The notes beneath the pieces are model-generated. The model searched no databases. It saw nothing but the letters and a program-made list of their open reading frames with translations, and had not been told where the DNA came from. Position numbers and translations under genes: made by a program. This document shows positions 33,481 to 61,613 of a DNA stretch of 64,000 bases, one piece after another; positions within the stretch are counted from its first letter, which is position 1; the number at the start of each line of letters is the position of its first letter. This DNA comes from Amoebidium appalachense (taxonomy: Eukaryota > Protista > Ichthyosporea). Location of the stretch: the NCBI GenBank assembly GCA_963693365.1, contig CAVNZM010000002.1, positions 17,083,615 to 17,147,614 of the forward strand, read 5' to 3'.

Positions 33481-33805
33481 CTCTCCACGTGCACACCCCC
33501 CCCCCCCCCCCCCCCCCCCCCCCAACCCCCTTCTCCCGTTCTGCCACGTTCACCATTTATAGTTATACAATCCATCTATATACACACAACACGTATGCGC
33601 GTGCGCCTCAGTCATAAAAACTTAAAAAAAAAGTAGGAATATGCATCGCCCTAATACCGGCTGTGGAGGTACATTGATCAACATGCACTACATGACTTCC
33701 ATATCCACCCCCGTTATTAGTGTGTATTAGTGGTGGTGTAGACACGCAGCCCCTGACAGCATGTTCATGAATGATGTGAACTGCCTCCCCGGAGCTGCAT
33801 GTCCC

Positions 33806-33853
<48 letters not shown>

Positions 33854-33953
33854 GTCCAATGCATGGGTATCCAAGTATGCATATCCGGGAGCCAAACCCC
33901 CGTCTCTCTAGATTATACTGGATAGGGATCTATGGATAGGAGAGGTACGGTCA

Positions 33954-33988
<35 letters not shown>

Positions 33989-34296
33989 CAGCCAGATGAC
34001 GTTTCAGTGGGCTTCGATTGGTCGAGCCACACTTTTGTAAAAATACCAACCCCAGTGGCGCCATACGAACCAGACAAGTGTGCCCATGGCTCAAGATTCT
34101 TGCTTCCGACTATATACGAAACATGTCTAAAATACATAAACGCACAAACACACAAGCACATACATACACAGATACGCGTTCTATACATATATTTCAGCAC
34201 TGGTGTACCTAATTCCTATGTCTCCTGAGTCCTCAGCCTCGCGCAAGAAGACTAGGTGGCTGCCTTTTTTGGCAAGGCCGAGACAGGTGCGAGCTT

Positions 34297-34992
34297 GACC
34301 AATCAAGATGGGCACGCACTGTACACGGGACTTTGTGCCTCGCACTCGCACGCGTCCAAGGCTATCATGCAGCGAGGCCAATATAAAGCGGCACTAAAAA
34401 ACTGCTTTTCAGACCTGAGCTATTGAATTTTTGGCACCCTTCATTTGGTTCACGCATTGTCTTTCATCCAGCAAAATGGGTATTGCAGAGTAGCCTTTCG
34501 AAAGTTCAAGATCGTGGGTGCGCCCAGCTTAGAATCGATTGGCCGGAGATGAGCACAAGAGCGAAATACGATTGGTTCGCTATCGACCGGCAGAAAGAAA
34601 CGACTGCTCCCATGAACGGGCTCTTTCCTGTCATGACCCAGACGTTCCATTCCAACTCTACTGTACAGCATGTTATGTTCGTTGCCAGCTTGCCAAAGAA
34701 AGCATGGAATAGCACATTTGGGGGTTTTTCTACAGCGGAACACCTTACCTACTTTCATTTCAGAACTTAGGTCATAGTTGCGTTACAAAGTAGCAAGCCA
34801 ATCACCGATTGCGAAAGAGCCTGAGCAAAGGTAGCGCCTGATTGGTTGGAATCGGGGCGATGATTAGGTGTGACATAACAGAATGACTTTCTACCAATCG
34901 GAGATTCAGTAGCTGAGGACAAAGTTTTTCCATTGGGTTATTCATGAGGGCTTCTATTCCAAAGCCTTCCACCGGCGTATTCGCATAAAAGC
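34297..34992 (+). promoter_or_regulatory. CCAAT-rich promoter of the C2H2 gene
   Basis: At least seven CCAAT/ATTGG motifs and a TATA-like CATAAAA at about 34984, some 200 bp upstream of the ATG. Confidence 0.45.
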
Positions 34993-35184
34993 ACCAGGCA
35001 CCTCTTTTACTGCAACAGTTGAGTGCAGACGCAGCGCCTAATGGGGAATCTTTGGTCGCTATCAGTAAAGAGACACATACAAAGGCTGCAGCACAAACAG
35101 AGCAACAACACTCATACGCGGTTTTGTAACGCTGGCGCAGTAATACGCCATAGAGCAGTATCGTACATACTGCTGGGCATATGT

Positions 35185-36485
35185 ATGGCGTGTGTGGCAC
35201 CTACCATGCTTGCTATTCCAACCGCTACCTGGCCCCTCCGCTTTAGCGAGCTTGACTCTATTCACAACATGTACAATCTGAACCGCCGATCCCTCCCCAA
35301 TATTCAATTTGGCTCGCCTGACGAGTCATCCGCGTCCTTCCCAGAGGCAGGTCTTGCCCTGAGCGAAGATGTGTTTTCTTCGCTCTCTTCGGTGGGTCTG
35401 GAGCCGCAGGAAAAGGCTTTGCAGCTACCCACCATTCAGCTAGACCATCTCATGGTAAGTTCCTTTAACAGTCCTGTTCTGTTGCGATGAAAGGTCTAGC
35501 ATGTTTGCGAGATAGGTTGTCGTTTGGGTGTATAAAGTGTCTGTCAGTGCCTCGCTGCACACAGTATCCCCCCCCCCCCCCCCTTTTTTTTTTTTGGTTT
35601 TTTTATTCTTTCTTGTCTTTGTGTTGCACACGGTACCCCATCTCACCACCACTTCCTGCACAGCTGGACGACCATGATGTCCTGTCCGTATTTTCTCCGC
35701 TTTCTGGCTCGGGCGAGCCGTTTTCACCCGCCCACAGCCTTGAAGACAACGACCTTAGCTCCTCCCAATCAGAGCCCGAGTCTGCACATCCACGCATGGA
35801 GTTGCACACTTCGAAAACGGGAAACAACGAGGAAGTCAAAAAGCAAACCAGACCGCCACGCCACCGGCGACCCACGACAGAACTCACCCGGGACTACTTT
35901 TGTGAGGTAGATGGGTGCACCAGGCGGTACGAGAATCGTCGCACACTGCAGTTCCACATGAAAAAAAAACACAACCAGTGCCTGCCCCCACTAGTGCGCC
36001 AGTCGCGCAAGACTAGCCCCCGTGCGAGCCCCCGTGCTAGCATCGGAGCTGGGTCCCTCACAGGCCCAGAATCATCCAGCACTTCCCAGAAACTGACTGT
36101 GGTGTCCGAGACACGCGGACCTATCAAGCGCTCAACATCTCTCCAGATAGCATCGCCGCAGTCCACTACAAGCTCATCTAATTCCTACAGTGAGGCCACG
36201 CACACTCCTAAGTCCCCCTGCTCAGATCTTGACCTGGATTCGTCTAGTTTCTTCTCATCCCTTCCGCTCACGCCATCACAGTGCGCATCAGTGGGAACTT
36301 TGTCTGCACCTGCAAGCAGTATTCTCATTCCCGACACGAAACCTCTGATGGATCCCTTAAACTTGAATAGTTTTGACTTTGACCTCATAAGTGGTGTGTT
36401 CCACGATGAAGAGAGGTACCAGGTTGACCAGTTGAAAAAAATGCTCATGGACAGAGATGTAGATTTTTCGTTCCGGCCTATGTAA
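35185..36485 (+). CDS. C2H2 zinc-finger protein, probable transcription factor; exons 35185-35454, 35664-36485
   Basis: YFCEVDGCTRRYENRRTLQFHMKKKH within Ser/Pro-rich flanks. Phase-0 intron GTAAGT...CACAG. Confidence 0.8.
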
Positions 36486-36704
36486 ATTATGTAAGAATGT
36501 ACGTGTACATACCAGAGATGAGGAACCGATGATTGTAAGATTAGCAAAGAGAGAGGTGCTGTATTTCCGCACAGGTGCTGTAGCAGGTCTACAACCTATT
36601 CTAGCGAAGTCATGCTAAATAATACCGCGTAAGAATGTATTCCCAACATCACGATAAAGTTTTTCAGACGTTGCCTCCTCCTGTCCTCCACCCCGCCTCA
36701 GCCC

Positions 36705-36739
<35 letters not shown>

Positions 36740-37583
36740 TCCCCCCCCCCTCTCCCCCGTGGATGGGCGTTGCTTGTCTTGCACACTGCTTGTTGTTAAC
36801 AGCAGCTTTACACTTCAATTCAGGGATTTCCATGTCATATGAGCCCTTTGTCCCACCACGAGTTTCTCATAGTGTTGTCGTACTTAGTCCTGTCAGGCAT
36901 GCTATCCCCCCTCCCCCCACCTCCCCCCCACCCTCCCCCCCCCCCCCCCCACCTCTCCACATGTCCATTCCCAGGTATCGTGTTATCGCATCCGCAGACA
37001 TCCCAGCTGCTCCCTACTCTCCTTCACCAATATAATGTGGGATGAAAACACAAGCGGAAAAACCGGTCACAACACAAGCACATGCAAGCATTCAAAGCAA
37101 TATTGATAGTATTGTGCCCTCCATTAGAACAGGAGGTGATTTGTTCATTATCCCAATTAGTCAGACCAGTAACGGTTGGGAATTCCTGTGGGTCCGGCAC
37201 CTGCCAAAAGACAGATGTTTTGGGACCAGCTGTTGGGATCGGTTTAGGTATTTCACGTGAACGTTTTTGTTCAGCTTGTTACTATGATAACTACAAAGGG
37301 TGTGCGGGCACTCCACCCCCCTCCCTCCCCCCCCCCCCCCCCCCCCCCCCTCCGGCCCTCCCACTCCTTTCCCCTCCCTCCCCGCTCCCCCTGCCTCCCC
37401 CATCCCCCGTGAACGCATGGGCGCGCGTGTACGCGCGCGCACACACACACACACAGGCACGCAATTGGCGCACAAGCACACGTGTACACACACATGCATA
37501 CCGTGATTAATTTATCACACACACTTGCACACGTGTAGCCACACAAGCACACAAACACACCGTGACACATACACACACACGCA

Positions 37584-37662
<79 letters not shown>

Positions 37663-38295
37663 TGTGACACAGACACACACACAGACACACCACACACACA
37701 CACACACACACATGTATACACACAAGCATCCGTGCACACACGACAAGGGCTGACACGCAGACACGCACATGCATACACACGCACACGCACAGCCCGGCAT
37801 TGCATGATAGCATATAGCGGCAGCGCACATACACATACTACGACACCTTGGCCGCGTGCATACCGGTAACACCCAGTCACGACACGAACATGCATATATG
37901 GCACGCAAACACACACACAACGGTACAATACTTCTTTCTTCTGGCATGCACCACTACCCACGTACCCCTTCCCAACCTATTCAGCTTCATTTCAGCAATT
38001 ACTCTGCCCCAGTCGAAGTAAAAACGACCCCCCCTCCCCCCTACTCTCCCCCATCTCCAACCCCCCCCTCCCCCCTCCCCCCTCCCCCCTCCCTTCCCCC
38101 CCTCCTCGGGCCTCCGGGCCCCTCCAAAAAAGAAAAGGAAAAAGGGTAACTCAATGGCCCCCCCGAAGTGTCCTCACCGTCAGCCCCCACCATAGCCCTT
38201 TCGAATCTCTCTCTCAGAGTCTCTCTCTCTCTATCTCTCTCTCTCTCCCCCCCCCCCCCCTCCCTCTCCCTCTCTCCCTCTCCCTCCCTCCCTCC

Positions 38296-38365
<70 letters not shown>

Positions 38366-38426
38366 CCCTCTCCCCGCCCCCTCCCCCCCCCCCCCCCCCC
38401 CAGGGCTCCTCCCAGGCTCCCCCCGT

Positions 38427-38551
38427 TGGAATACGTCACTACGTAGGACAGCAAGAGTCTTGAAGTATGTATGTGTCTTAGCTTTGTTTGTATTCGTGTC
38501 TGCTCTCCTTCTTTGTGCTCTCCCTCCTCTCTCCCTTTTTCTCTTTTCTTT

Positions 38552-38644
<93 letters not shown>

Positions 38645-39410
38645 CGTATCTCTCTCTCTCCCTTGTTTCTGTGTGCACAGATATCTGTAGATCTGTGCAC
38701 ACCTGGCTCTCTTGCCTGATAGAACTTATTGTATTTTATCTGTGTTTGCTCTCCTCTGTATATCTGAGAAGTAGCGTGATTAGCTAGCTATATTCGTTGT
38801 CTCTGTTTTAGTTCAAAGTGGTTTAGTTTTAGTTCACAATAGGATGACTCACCAATAGACGCGAGTGAGTACATCTATAGATCGTGATATGCATTCCTGT
38901 CTATTAATATACGTGTTACTGATTGGACACAATAGATATGTTTGGAATTCGGTTTATCGTAATGTGTCTTCACTTTGAGAGTGTCGACTATTAGAATATA
39001 TCATGATGTATTTAGATGAGTTTCTTTATAGAGACGAGTATAAATATATATGTGTATTAATAGTGACAAGATGTATACTTACTTAAGTTATTTAAGTAAG
39101 AGTTACTAAGATTCAGTTATGTCGGAATTGGAATGCGTATGCTCTGTTGGAATGTATCTTTCTATCCTCTGATAGAACCGATTGGTTCTCTTCTTTTAGT
39201 TGAGATACGATGATAAGTTGCAAGTACAAAAAGACCCGAGAGCACAATAAAAGGTCAGTAGTGTTGTTGTTGAAATCTTTCAAGTGTCGTGAACAACTCC
39301 GATTGCCCTCTCTTTATTGTGTTGGTCGTGTTTTAGATGACACCTCTGTGCACTCTGCTCCCTTAGACTCGTACAAAACAACACCCCCGCTCCGGATCCA
39401 TGGGGCTCGC
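38427..39410 (+). mobile_element. Possible LTR remnant
   Basis: TGGA...TCCA ends, TATA-like motif at about 39039, AATAAA at about 39246, followed by TGGGGCTCG resembling a tRNA-Pro PBS. No second LTR or TSD found. Confidence 0.25.
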
Positions 39411-39683
39411 TAATGGGGTAGAGCTGAGAGGAGCAGGAGAGGGAACAAATACGGAGAAACACCATGGCTAAGTCACTTATGTATACATCCAGTCACCAAG
39501 TGCCCTCTCTGTGTTAGTATGTACATACTATTAGTTCTAATAACAATAACTGCTGCATTTGTCTGGGAAAAGCATTCCGTATGAGGAGGGGCACCTCAAA
39601 GCACTGCCGGGGGGATACACAGTATGTATAGAGCATCTCTATATATCTAGAGAGAGGTTCTCTGTGGAGAGAGAGTCACTTGA

Positions 39684-40228
<545 letters not shown>

Positions 40229-40339
40229 AGAGATCTACCCGAGTGAGAGCGCTCGGAGAGTCTCGGTCGAGCCTCCTCAATTGGGCACTGAGATATTAAC
40301 AATTTATTCTTCTAAATATCGGATGCCGCTGTTGCTAAT

Positions 40340-40620
40340 GGGCGACTATTGTACCTATGCCCCACCCAAATACCCAAACCCAAACACAGATTCCTAGATT
40401 TAATATTAGTAGTGACGGTCGATTGGATAGTGAAATATTGCGTTTCAATCTGTTACCAATCATCGCGTGGTCGGATATACCACACAGATCACCATCGAGC
40501 ACCTGAATCTTATAAGAAAAGCGCCTCTTTGATAGCACACCTAAGTGACACCTTATCCAAATAAGGCAGGTGATTTGGATTTCACGGTTCAAAAATCTGG
40601 GCCGGGATAGGAATCTAGAA

Positions 40621-40659
<39 letters not shown>

Positions 40660-40960
40660 CTTCCAGATTCCTAAACCCAAACCCAAATCTTCAGCGACAA
40701 CAAGATTATGAAGCAAGAAAACGCCAGGAACTAAGATGCTAAGCATATTTCTGGTATAATTTCGGCCTAAAAATATTATCTTATTACGCAACATTAATAT
40801 TTGTATGTTTTATAATGCTTTATTATAGTATATATTCTTTGTTTCTTTATAATACATAGGCCTGGTGCGAAGCGGCGGTCATGCCGCATGCGTGACATCT
40901 GGCCATGGGTTTAAAATCTGGGTTTGGGTTTGGGTATTTGGAGTATCGTACTACTCGCCC
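40340..40960. mobile_element. MITE of about 620 bp with CCCAAA subterminal repeats (Harbinger/ISL2EU-like)
   Basis: About 50-bp imperfect TIRs GGGCGA..TA..GTAC...CCAAATACCCAAACCCAAAC(A/C)CAGATT, with AT on both flanks. Confidence 0.75.
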
Positions 40961-41849
40961 ATTTCAGCTTGGTTGGCCTCCTGGGCCAGTGAGGCCAGGC
41001 GGGCGTGGGTTGCAAGGTCCCGGTTGTCACACCGGTGGTGGCGTGCAAATGTGCAAGGATGGCATCAACCGGGCCCTTCGATGCTCACGCCAGTGGTCAG
41101 CTGCGCGCCAGCCGGTCAGGCCTTCATTTATGAGGTTGGGGCTGTGCCAAGGGGCCGCAATGCATCATGAGTTGTAACTACACTGTAAGGCACCTTTCAT
41201 TATGTCTCAAAAGTGGCTCCCTCTACGTCAATCCTCCAAAGTTCGGCGTCGAACGTTCTACAGAGGTCTCAGACTCTGAGTGACGTCAATGGAGAGGTGA
41301 GGGAAAATGCGGCCATGTCCGGAGTGACCAGCTCCGGGGACGGTTCTGAGTTTGTTTAGCTTGCTAACAGCGGCCGGGTTGCCCCGCCCGGCTCAGCTGG
41401 CGGCCAATAACAGAATGTAAACAAGGTGCGATTCGGACCAATCAGAAACTACAGCTACACATTTTTGTACAACTCGACCTGAGGCAGCGCTGATTGGGCA
41501 GCTGCTAAGGCGTGGTTGATAGCGCTTTTGATTGGCCTGTTGTTACTCGTCGCGTGGACATCTTCATTCTTTCACCGGGTACATGAACAAGCCTTCGCAC
41601 TATAAGATAAAAGCCTTTTGCTTTCTAATAAATGAGATTACCATACTAATTAGTACCATATAAAAAGTGTGTAAACCCCTACACACTATCTCTGTATCTC
41701 TATGACATGTAATATGAGGTCCTAGCTATGTACAAAAGGTCTTATCTATTATTAGAAGACCTTGCTGGACTGGAGCGACGCTGTGCGTGCTTTCACCGTG
41801 CACTATCCAAGCTCGCCAACGGTCGCGTGGCCACTTGCCTACAGCTGAC

Positions 41850-41959
41850 TGACGTGATTGTACCGCCATAATGAGTACAGATTTCGAACTGGTTTGACGT
41901 GATTGTACCGCCATCATGAGTACAGATAATTTTTTTAAAAAAAGTTTCGAACTGGTTTG
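41850..41959. repeat. 45-bp tandem duplication; second unit has an 18-nt insert
   Basis: TGACGTGATTGTACCGCCAT(A/C)ATGAGTACAGAT...TTCGAACTGGTTTG at 41850 and 41895. Confidence 0.85.
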
Positions 41960-42136
41960 CTCGTATCCTACGTATATATTAACGGGCGTAGTCGGCGAGC
42001 TCAATGATCAATCTTCACTGCAAAGATGCACACTTCAATCTATCAAGCTTCATATTCATGATGATCATACGAATAAATACACGGCAGGGTTCTCCTCTTG
42101 AAGTTGAAAAGGGAGGGGGTCGAAAGTTACGGGGCC

Positions 42137-42190
<54 letters not shown>

Positions 42191-42471
42191 CTCGGAAGGA
42201 GGAAGGGGGGCCCCAGTCCCGAGGCCGGGAGGATCCGAGGGATAGATCTAGAAAATACAGTGTAATTACCGACGTCGTCAGTGGTGGTCACTCCCCCCTC
42301 CCCCTCTGTCCCCCCCCCCCCCCCCCTCGCTCCCCCCTCGGCCAGGGAATTTGCAGCTTACTGGAGAGGGGAGGGGGGTCGAATTCGGACCCATCTGCTC
42401 GAGAGGTGTGTAATGTGAACGGTCCTCGGGCCCAAGATCCCCCTTCCCCCCCCCCCCCGCCCCCCCCCTCC

Positions 42472-42503
42472 ACCATGGTGTGTGTGTGTGTGAGTGTGTG
42501 AGT

Positions 42504-42534
<31 letters not shown>

Positions 42535-42547
42535 ACGGTGTGTGTAC

Positions 42548-42631
<84 letters not shown>

Positions 42632-43825
42632 CCTAGGGGGACATGCAACATTGAGGATTCACAAGGGCCGGTGGATTTGCCCAGTGACCAACTTAATTAC
42701 TAGTGGCCAGAAGGGAATGTGCTGTGTTCGGGTTAATCCCCACTTTGGCACGATTGAGAACAGAGACAGCACCGGGCCCACACGGCACACCCAACTTTAC
42801 TCCCCACCAACCTCCAAGAGGACTTGACTAAACACCCGTCTATGCCCCTTGTATTTCTTTGCAGCATAGGCTGCAGCAAGGCCAGTAAGCCCACGTGTGT
42901 AAGCATCCATAAAACGAAAAGCCCTACGCGCATATTTACGAATCAGAGACACTGGTATGCCATCTAAAGCAGCAGGCACTGCCTCCCGCAACTCAGCTAT
43001 TTTATAAGACACCTTAAGCCTAAGAATACGCTTGGATTCACCCCAATCATACTCTATGTAGTTAAGCTCACAGTGATACTTAGGATAAAATATGCATTCA
43101 TGCCCGGCCTCTTCTATTACCTCTTGCAACCAAGGGTTTTGCTCTGCAAAATCAGGCTGTAGATCTAGAATACGTGTAGCACAACACTTGTCTGCAGTGC
43201 ATGGGGGTCTAGGAACCTTATTATTAATGTCCTCTTGGCTACGTGGATCAGGACATTGCATGATCAAACGCGAAACATCATAGCCTCTCTCTTCCAAAAC
43301 CTGTTTCATTCCCTTCCCCAGTTTAACATCTCTTTCACCCACAACCCTTTCTTTGCCGTCTGGCCCCTTTTCCTTTACACGTTTATTGTTACATGTTTTG
43401 CATGTAATCAGCAAGTCACCCCCCTCCTCACTCCCCCTTCCCCACCACGTCTATTTTACATACAACTGCAAACACATGCGGCTTCGCTCGTGCGTGGTTT
43501 GTGTGGAACGTGTTAGGCAGGCCACATGCATACTCGTGTGGGACATCCACAGACACCTCAGAGGCTCCCCTCGACAAACGGTGATTAAACACACACAGAC
43601 ACACTCTTCGCACCCAACTTGAACATAGCCGGCCAGGCAGGCACCGGGGCGGGCAGCGAGCCAGGTCATGTCGGGTCGGGTCGGTTTATTCGGGTCAGAT
43701 CGGGCCAAGCGATGACCCGACCCGACCCGAATTGATTGGGGTCCGACATTGGCCAAAAAAAATTATTGCGGCAATCGACGCGTCTCGTCGAGCTGGTTAG
43801 AGCCACCGTTTCGGATTTTTTTTTC

Positions 43826-43882
<57 letters not shown>

Positions 43883-43920
43883 GCGAAAAGTTTTTTGCGC
43901 GCTATAGAGACTAAGGCCCA
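42472..43920 (-). mobile_element. Tc1/mariner-type transposon copy 2, left end missing
   Basis: Right TIR ...GCTATAGAGACTAAGGCCCA followed by TA. Colinear with copy 1 on both sides of the internal cassette. Confidence 0.9.
42797..43414 (-). pseudogene. C-terminal fragment of a Tc1/IS630-like DDE transposase
   Basis: KGMKQVLEERG, CCATRILDLQPDF and GHECIFYPKYHCELNYIEYDWGESKR (region of the last catalytic E). N-terminal domains are absent. Confidence 0.85.
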
Positions 43921-44098
43921 TACTGCGGAAAACTAGCTAAAGCCCACTAACTGTGAGTCGTTCTACGGTGGGGAGCGCGGCGCAAGAGGGTTTCCACGTG
44001 TGTTTCTCTTTGAGGGGCATGTTTTCACGTTGGGGAGGGCGTTACCAAATTCCTGAGTATAATTTGGCTGTGTTGATTGGTCAAACCAGTGGGCATGT

Positions 44099-44715
44099 TG
44101 TAAAGAAGGACGAGACTTGTACTACAGGATCTGACCGTTGTTCTCTTCTTGCATCTCCTCGTCATAATCGAGGAGCTCGTCACCGTTGTCAGCCATGCTA
44201 AGGGGGAGACGGTTCGACAAAAAGAACTGTATCTGCAGGTAGAAACCCACACACAACGTAAAGTGGTAAACGCGCGAAAAGCGGCGAAAAACTGGAAAAG
44301 TTGTGTGGTGGTTGGTAGCAGAGGTGATGGGAAGCGTGTCGGACTAAAAAGTCTGGGTGTATGTATGCGTATATCCTAGCTAGGAGCGTGTGTAGTTCTT
44401 AACGGCACTGTATTCTGCTACCATGTAAAGAAGGACGAGACTTGTACTACAGGATCTGACCGTTGTTCCCTACACAGGGGAATGACGTCTTTATTCAGGC
44501 GCCGTCGGATATCATTCTGGGGTTTACGCTGTTTACTCGAGGCAAAGAGAACCAGTCTCAGGTATGGGGGGGGGGGGTTTTTGCTCGGAATATCCCCTCA
44601 GCGGTATATCATGATCACGTACATAGATGTCGGGTGGTGACTATATATCAGGGTTTACTTTCTCTACGAGACACCATAAAGACTACAAGGAGAAATCAAT
44701 TAGTTGGGGTTCCCC

Positions 44716-44762
<47 letters not shown>

Positions 44763-44795
44763 GGGCTCCCCCTCGGGACACTCGGTATCAGCTGG

Positions 44796-44852
<57 letters not shown>

Positions 44853-45329
44853 TGTGTGTGTGTGCGCGTGCGCTATAATTTTGTAGTGATGTGTTTCTCA
44901 AGCCAATCAATACATCTAATAAACAGGTCGTAGTTACGCGTGTTTAGTATAAAATCAAGGATGTTGTAATTTACAGGTAGGCTATCTTTCTGGGTGTCTG
45001 TTGTGAATGTGACGTGTGTGTGTTGCGGTATTATGTGGTCTATCAAACTACATTTGGCGATACATGACCGGTTAAACTGGTGTGTGTGTGTGTTGTTTGG
45101 GCATGCAAATGATGCCACCTTATACTTATTAGATCTCCACTGTATAGCACGTGTACAGTAAAAGCGTGGTAATTGATCAATAATACCATCAGCTAGAGAA
45201 AGACCAGTTCTACAGGAAGGTAATATATCATTCTGATGAGCGTGAGCCACAGGCTCACGCGCCCTCAGACCGGGTCATCCTGATCCGGTTCGGGCCAGAT
45301 CGGCCCGGCAGTCGCCGGTCCTCATTACA
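44099..45329 (-). mobile_element. Internally deleted LTR retrotransposon: 5' LTR 45329-44424, tRNA-iMet PBS 44423-44414, start of first ORF at 44196, last 45 bp of 3' LTR 44143-44099
   Basis: LTR termini TGTAA...TTACA. 4-bp TSD ATGT (44095-98, 45330-33). 45-bp direct repeat 44099-44143 = 44424-44468. TGGTAGCAGA immediately follows the LTR on the minus strand. The LTR contains a TATA-like motif and AATAAA. Confidence 0.85.
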
Positions 45330-45969
45330 ATGTGCATATCTGAGGCTTGTGATTGGTTGTGCGGCCTCGTGGCCCGTGATAAAATCACGGGCCGCTTTAG
45401 CCGATTTCCAGTAACGATAGGTCGGGTGGGTGGAAGTGACTTTTTGTTTTCCGCTTCACTGTACATGTCTTGCAAGACCCTGTACAGTATTAAACAATTG
45501 TGGTGGCGCGGGAGAGAAGACATGGCGTGGTGCCAACATGTTGGGCCCAGAATTTCCGACTGGGGGGGGAAGTGGGCGGTCAGCCAGGCTGGGCCCCTCA
45601 AGGCTATTATGATTAGATCCGTGCCCCGAGATCTCCAGATCAAATAGACTCTGGGATATAAAATGTATTTCAAATTATTCAAAATGTAGATAATCAACTC
45701 CGAGCTGAACAAAGTATCAAATTCTAGCGAAAGCAAAACATTTTCCGTAAAGCTTTTATAGATATAAACCTTGTATTATTTATATGACTTTTTTATAACA
45801 AAAACCATTTATAATTTAAATAGCTGTACATCATTGTTTTATCCCAAACCTTTCACCACAGCTCAGTGACCCACCACGGGGACTCTTAGATCTTTTTTAT
45901 TGCCCAATCATCTTCGCGGTGGCTCAGCAAACGCAAAAAACATTCACAACAGGAAAACCGCCAACCCAA

Positions 45970-46004
<35 letters not shown>

Positions 46005-46087
46005 CAAACCTTTACACGATAGCTCCGATAAACTGTATAGTGTAGCTATACCAGCATATTAGTCTTGCTAACGAAAAAGTGAAGAAA

Positions 46088-59748
<13,661 letters not shown>

Positions 59749-60568
59749 CGCACGTGCACACACACACCACGTGCAAACCACGTGCACATGTCTCCCTCGG
59801 CCAACACAAAACATGTAGGCTGAGGTGTACCGGAGAAATGTATGATCTGCTAACACCAGTTGTAATTACTGTTTATGGTGAAATTCTGTTTTTATATATA
59901 TTATGTTCATCTTGATGGTTTTTTTTTTTTATGACCAGATGTGCGTGCATGAGGTTATCATGGGTGGAATATACGAAAACGGGCACGAATTAAAGGGAGT
60001 TTCTTTTAGGCCGATATATGGTCACCGCTTGATGGTCCTCGGGTCGGGCCAAATGCTGTTTGTTGGGCACCAAGACAATCATATTGTGTATATCCCATTC
60101 GGGTCTGACCGACCCGAATACCTAAAAGAAAGCCCCCGTGGATGCCCTTAATTTGATGGTGTTTCACCATGGGCAACTTCCTTTTGGCCAGTTTAGAAGT
60201 GATTTTATTGAGTATATGATGATAGAAGTTCGACGGTCTGTTGCCTGTTTTCATTCTTAACGGTTGTTATTGCCACGAACTGGGTATGAATCGTTAGCGG
60301 GTTGGTGTCTGCATATTGTGTGATACCAAGAGGCTTATACTCGGCAAATGCTAACCGAAAATAAACACCGTGTACACATATACATCAGTCTTGCTGCCTG
60401 CATAACTGCAACCCACAATCTGAAACACCCGCTTCCCCTCCCCTCGATGTCGTCTCTCTTTTGGCTGCACACCCACACGCCCACACTTTCAATGTTCGTT
60501 TTGGGAACACACATGTCGTGTATCCGGACGCACACCAAGCGCAGACGACATGCACACACACACACAGA

Positions 60569-60658
<90 letters not shown>

Positions 60659-61076
60659 GCACGGACGTGCCTACATACCCACAATCTTACAAACACGCCC
60701 CACCCAATTCCAACGAAAAACGGCTACACACTGAGCATCCAATACTATGGCACACATATCCCCGCCAAAAAACCAAAAGCGTACGGGCACAGAGTGGAGA
60801 GCTCGAATCTGACCCGGTAACCGTTACGTAATCACAGGTGTGGCCTGTTACATGGATGCATGATATTTGCACAATGAATGCCACGTGCACGGTGACATGT
60901 ATGTGCTGCCCCAAGGTGCTTTGCAACTTCGTCGTGCATGTTAGTGTACATGTGGTGTGGTTGCGGCGCCTGTAGTGCTTGTGTGTGTTTTTTTTTTTTT
61001 TTTTTTTTTTTGGGGGGGGGGGGTGGTGGTGGTGGTGTGTGCGTGCGTGCGTGTGTGTGTCTGTGCATGTGTGTGT

Positions 61077-61123
<47 letters not shown>

Positions 61124-61381
61124 GGGGGAGGGGGGGGGGGGGGGGGGGGAGGGAGGAAAGGCAATTTATTTACAGTTGCCCCATGATTGCACCGGTACAG
61201 CGACACCCAATGAGATTAATATTTAAGATTTATAGTCACTGGTCTTCCTGCCGCCTACACACTTTGTACATGACTAGCACACAACCAAGCCATCAACCCT
61301 TTGCCATCTAGGCTCAACCCAGATTTTAAATCAGCATCCTTGCACATGTGCATATTGCCAACTAAATTCCCTATTACTAAC

Positions 61382-61422
<41 letters not shown>

Positions 61423-61613
61423 CCCCGCCCCTCTCACCATTCCCAAAAAAAAACAAAAAAACAAAAAAACAAACCAAAAAAAACACCAGCCCTTGGCCTA
61501 ATACACAATGCAAGGTCTAAACACGGCACACCACTGCTACCATATCGGCACCCCAAGAGCCCCTCCCACACCCACCGCCCCAAAACAGCCTAATATACCA
61601 CCACGCCACAATT

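Noticed and set aside
44424-44474. 51-bp mini-LTR (TRIM) TGTA...TACA
   Set aside because: No TSD at that boundary; the longer LTR ending at 45329 gives matching termini and an ATGT TSD.
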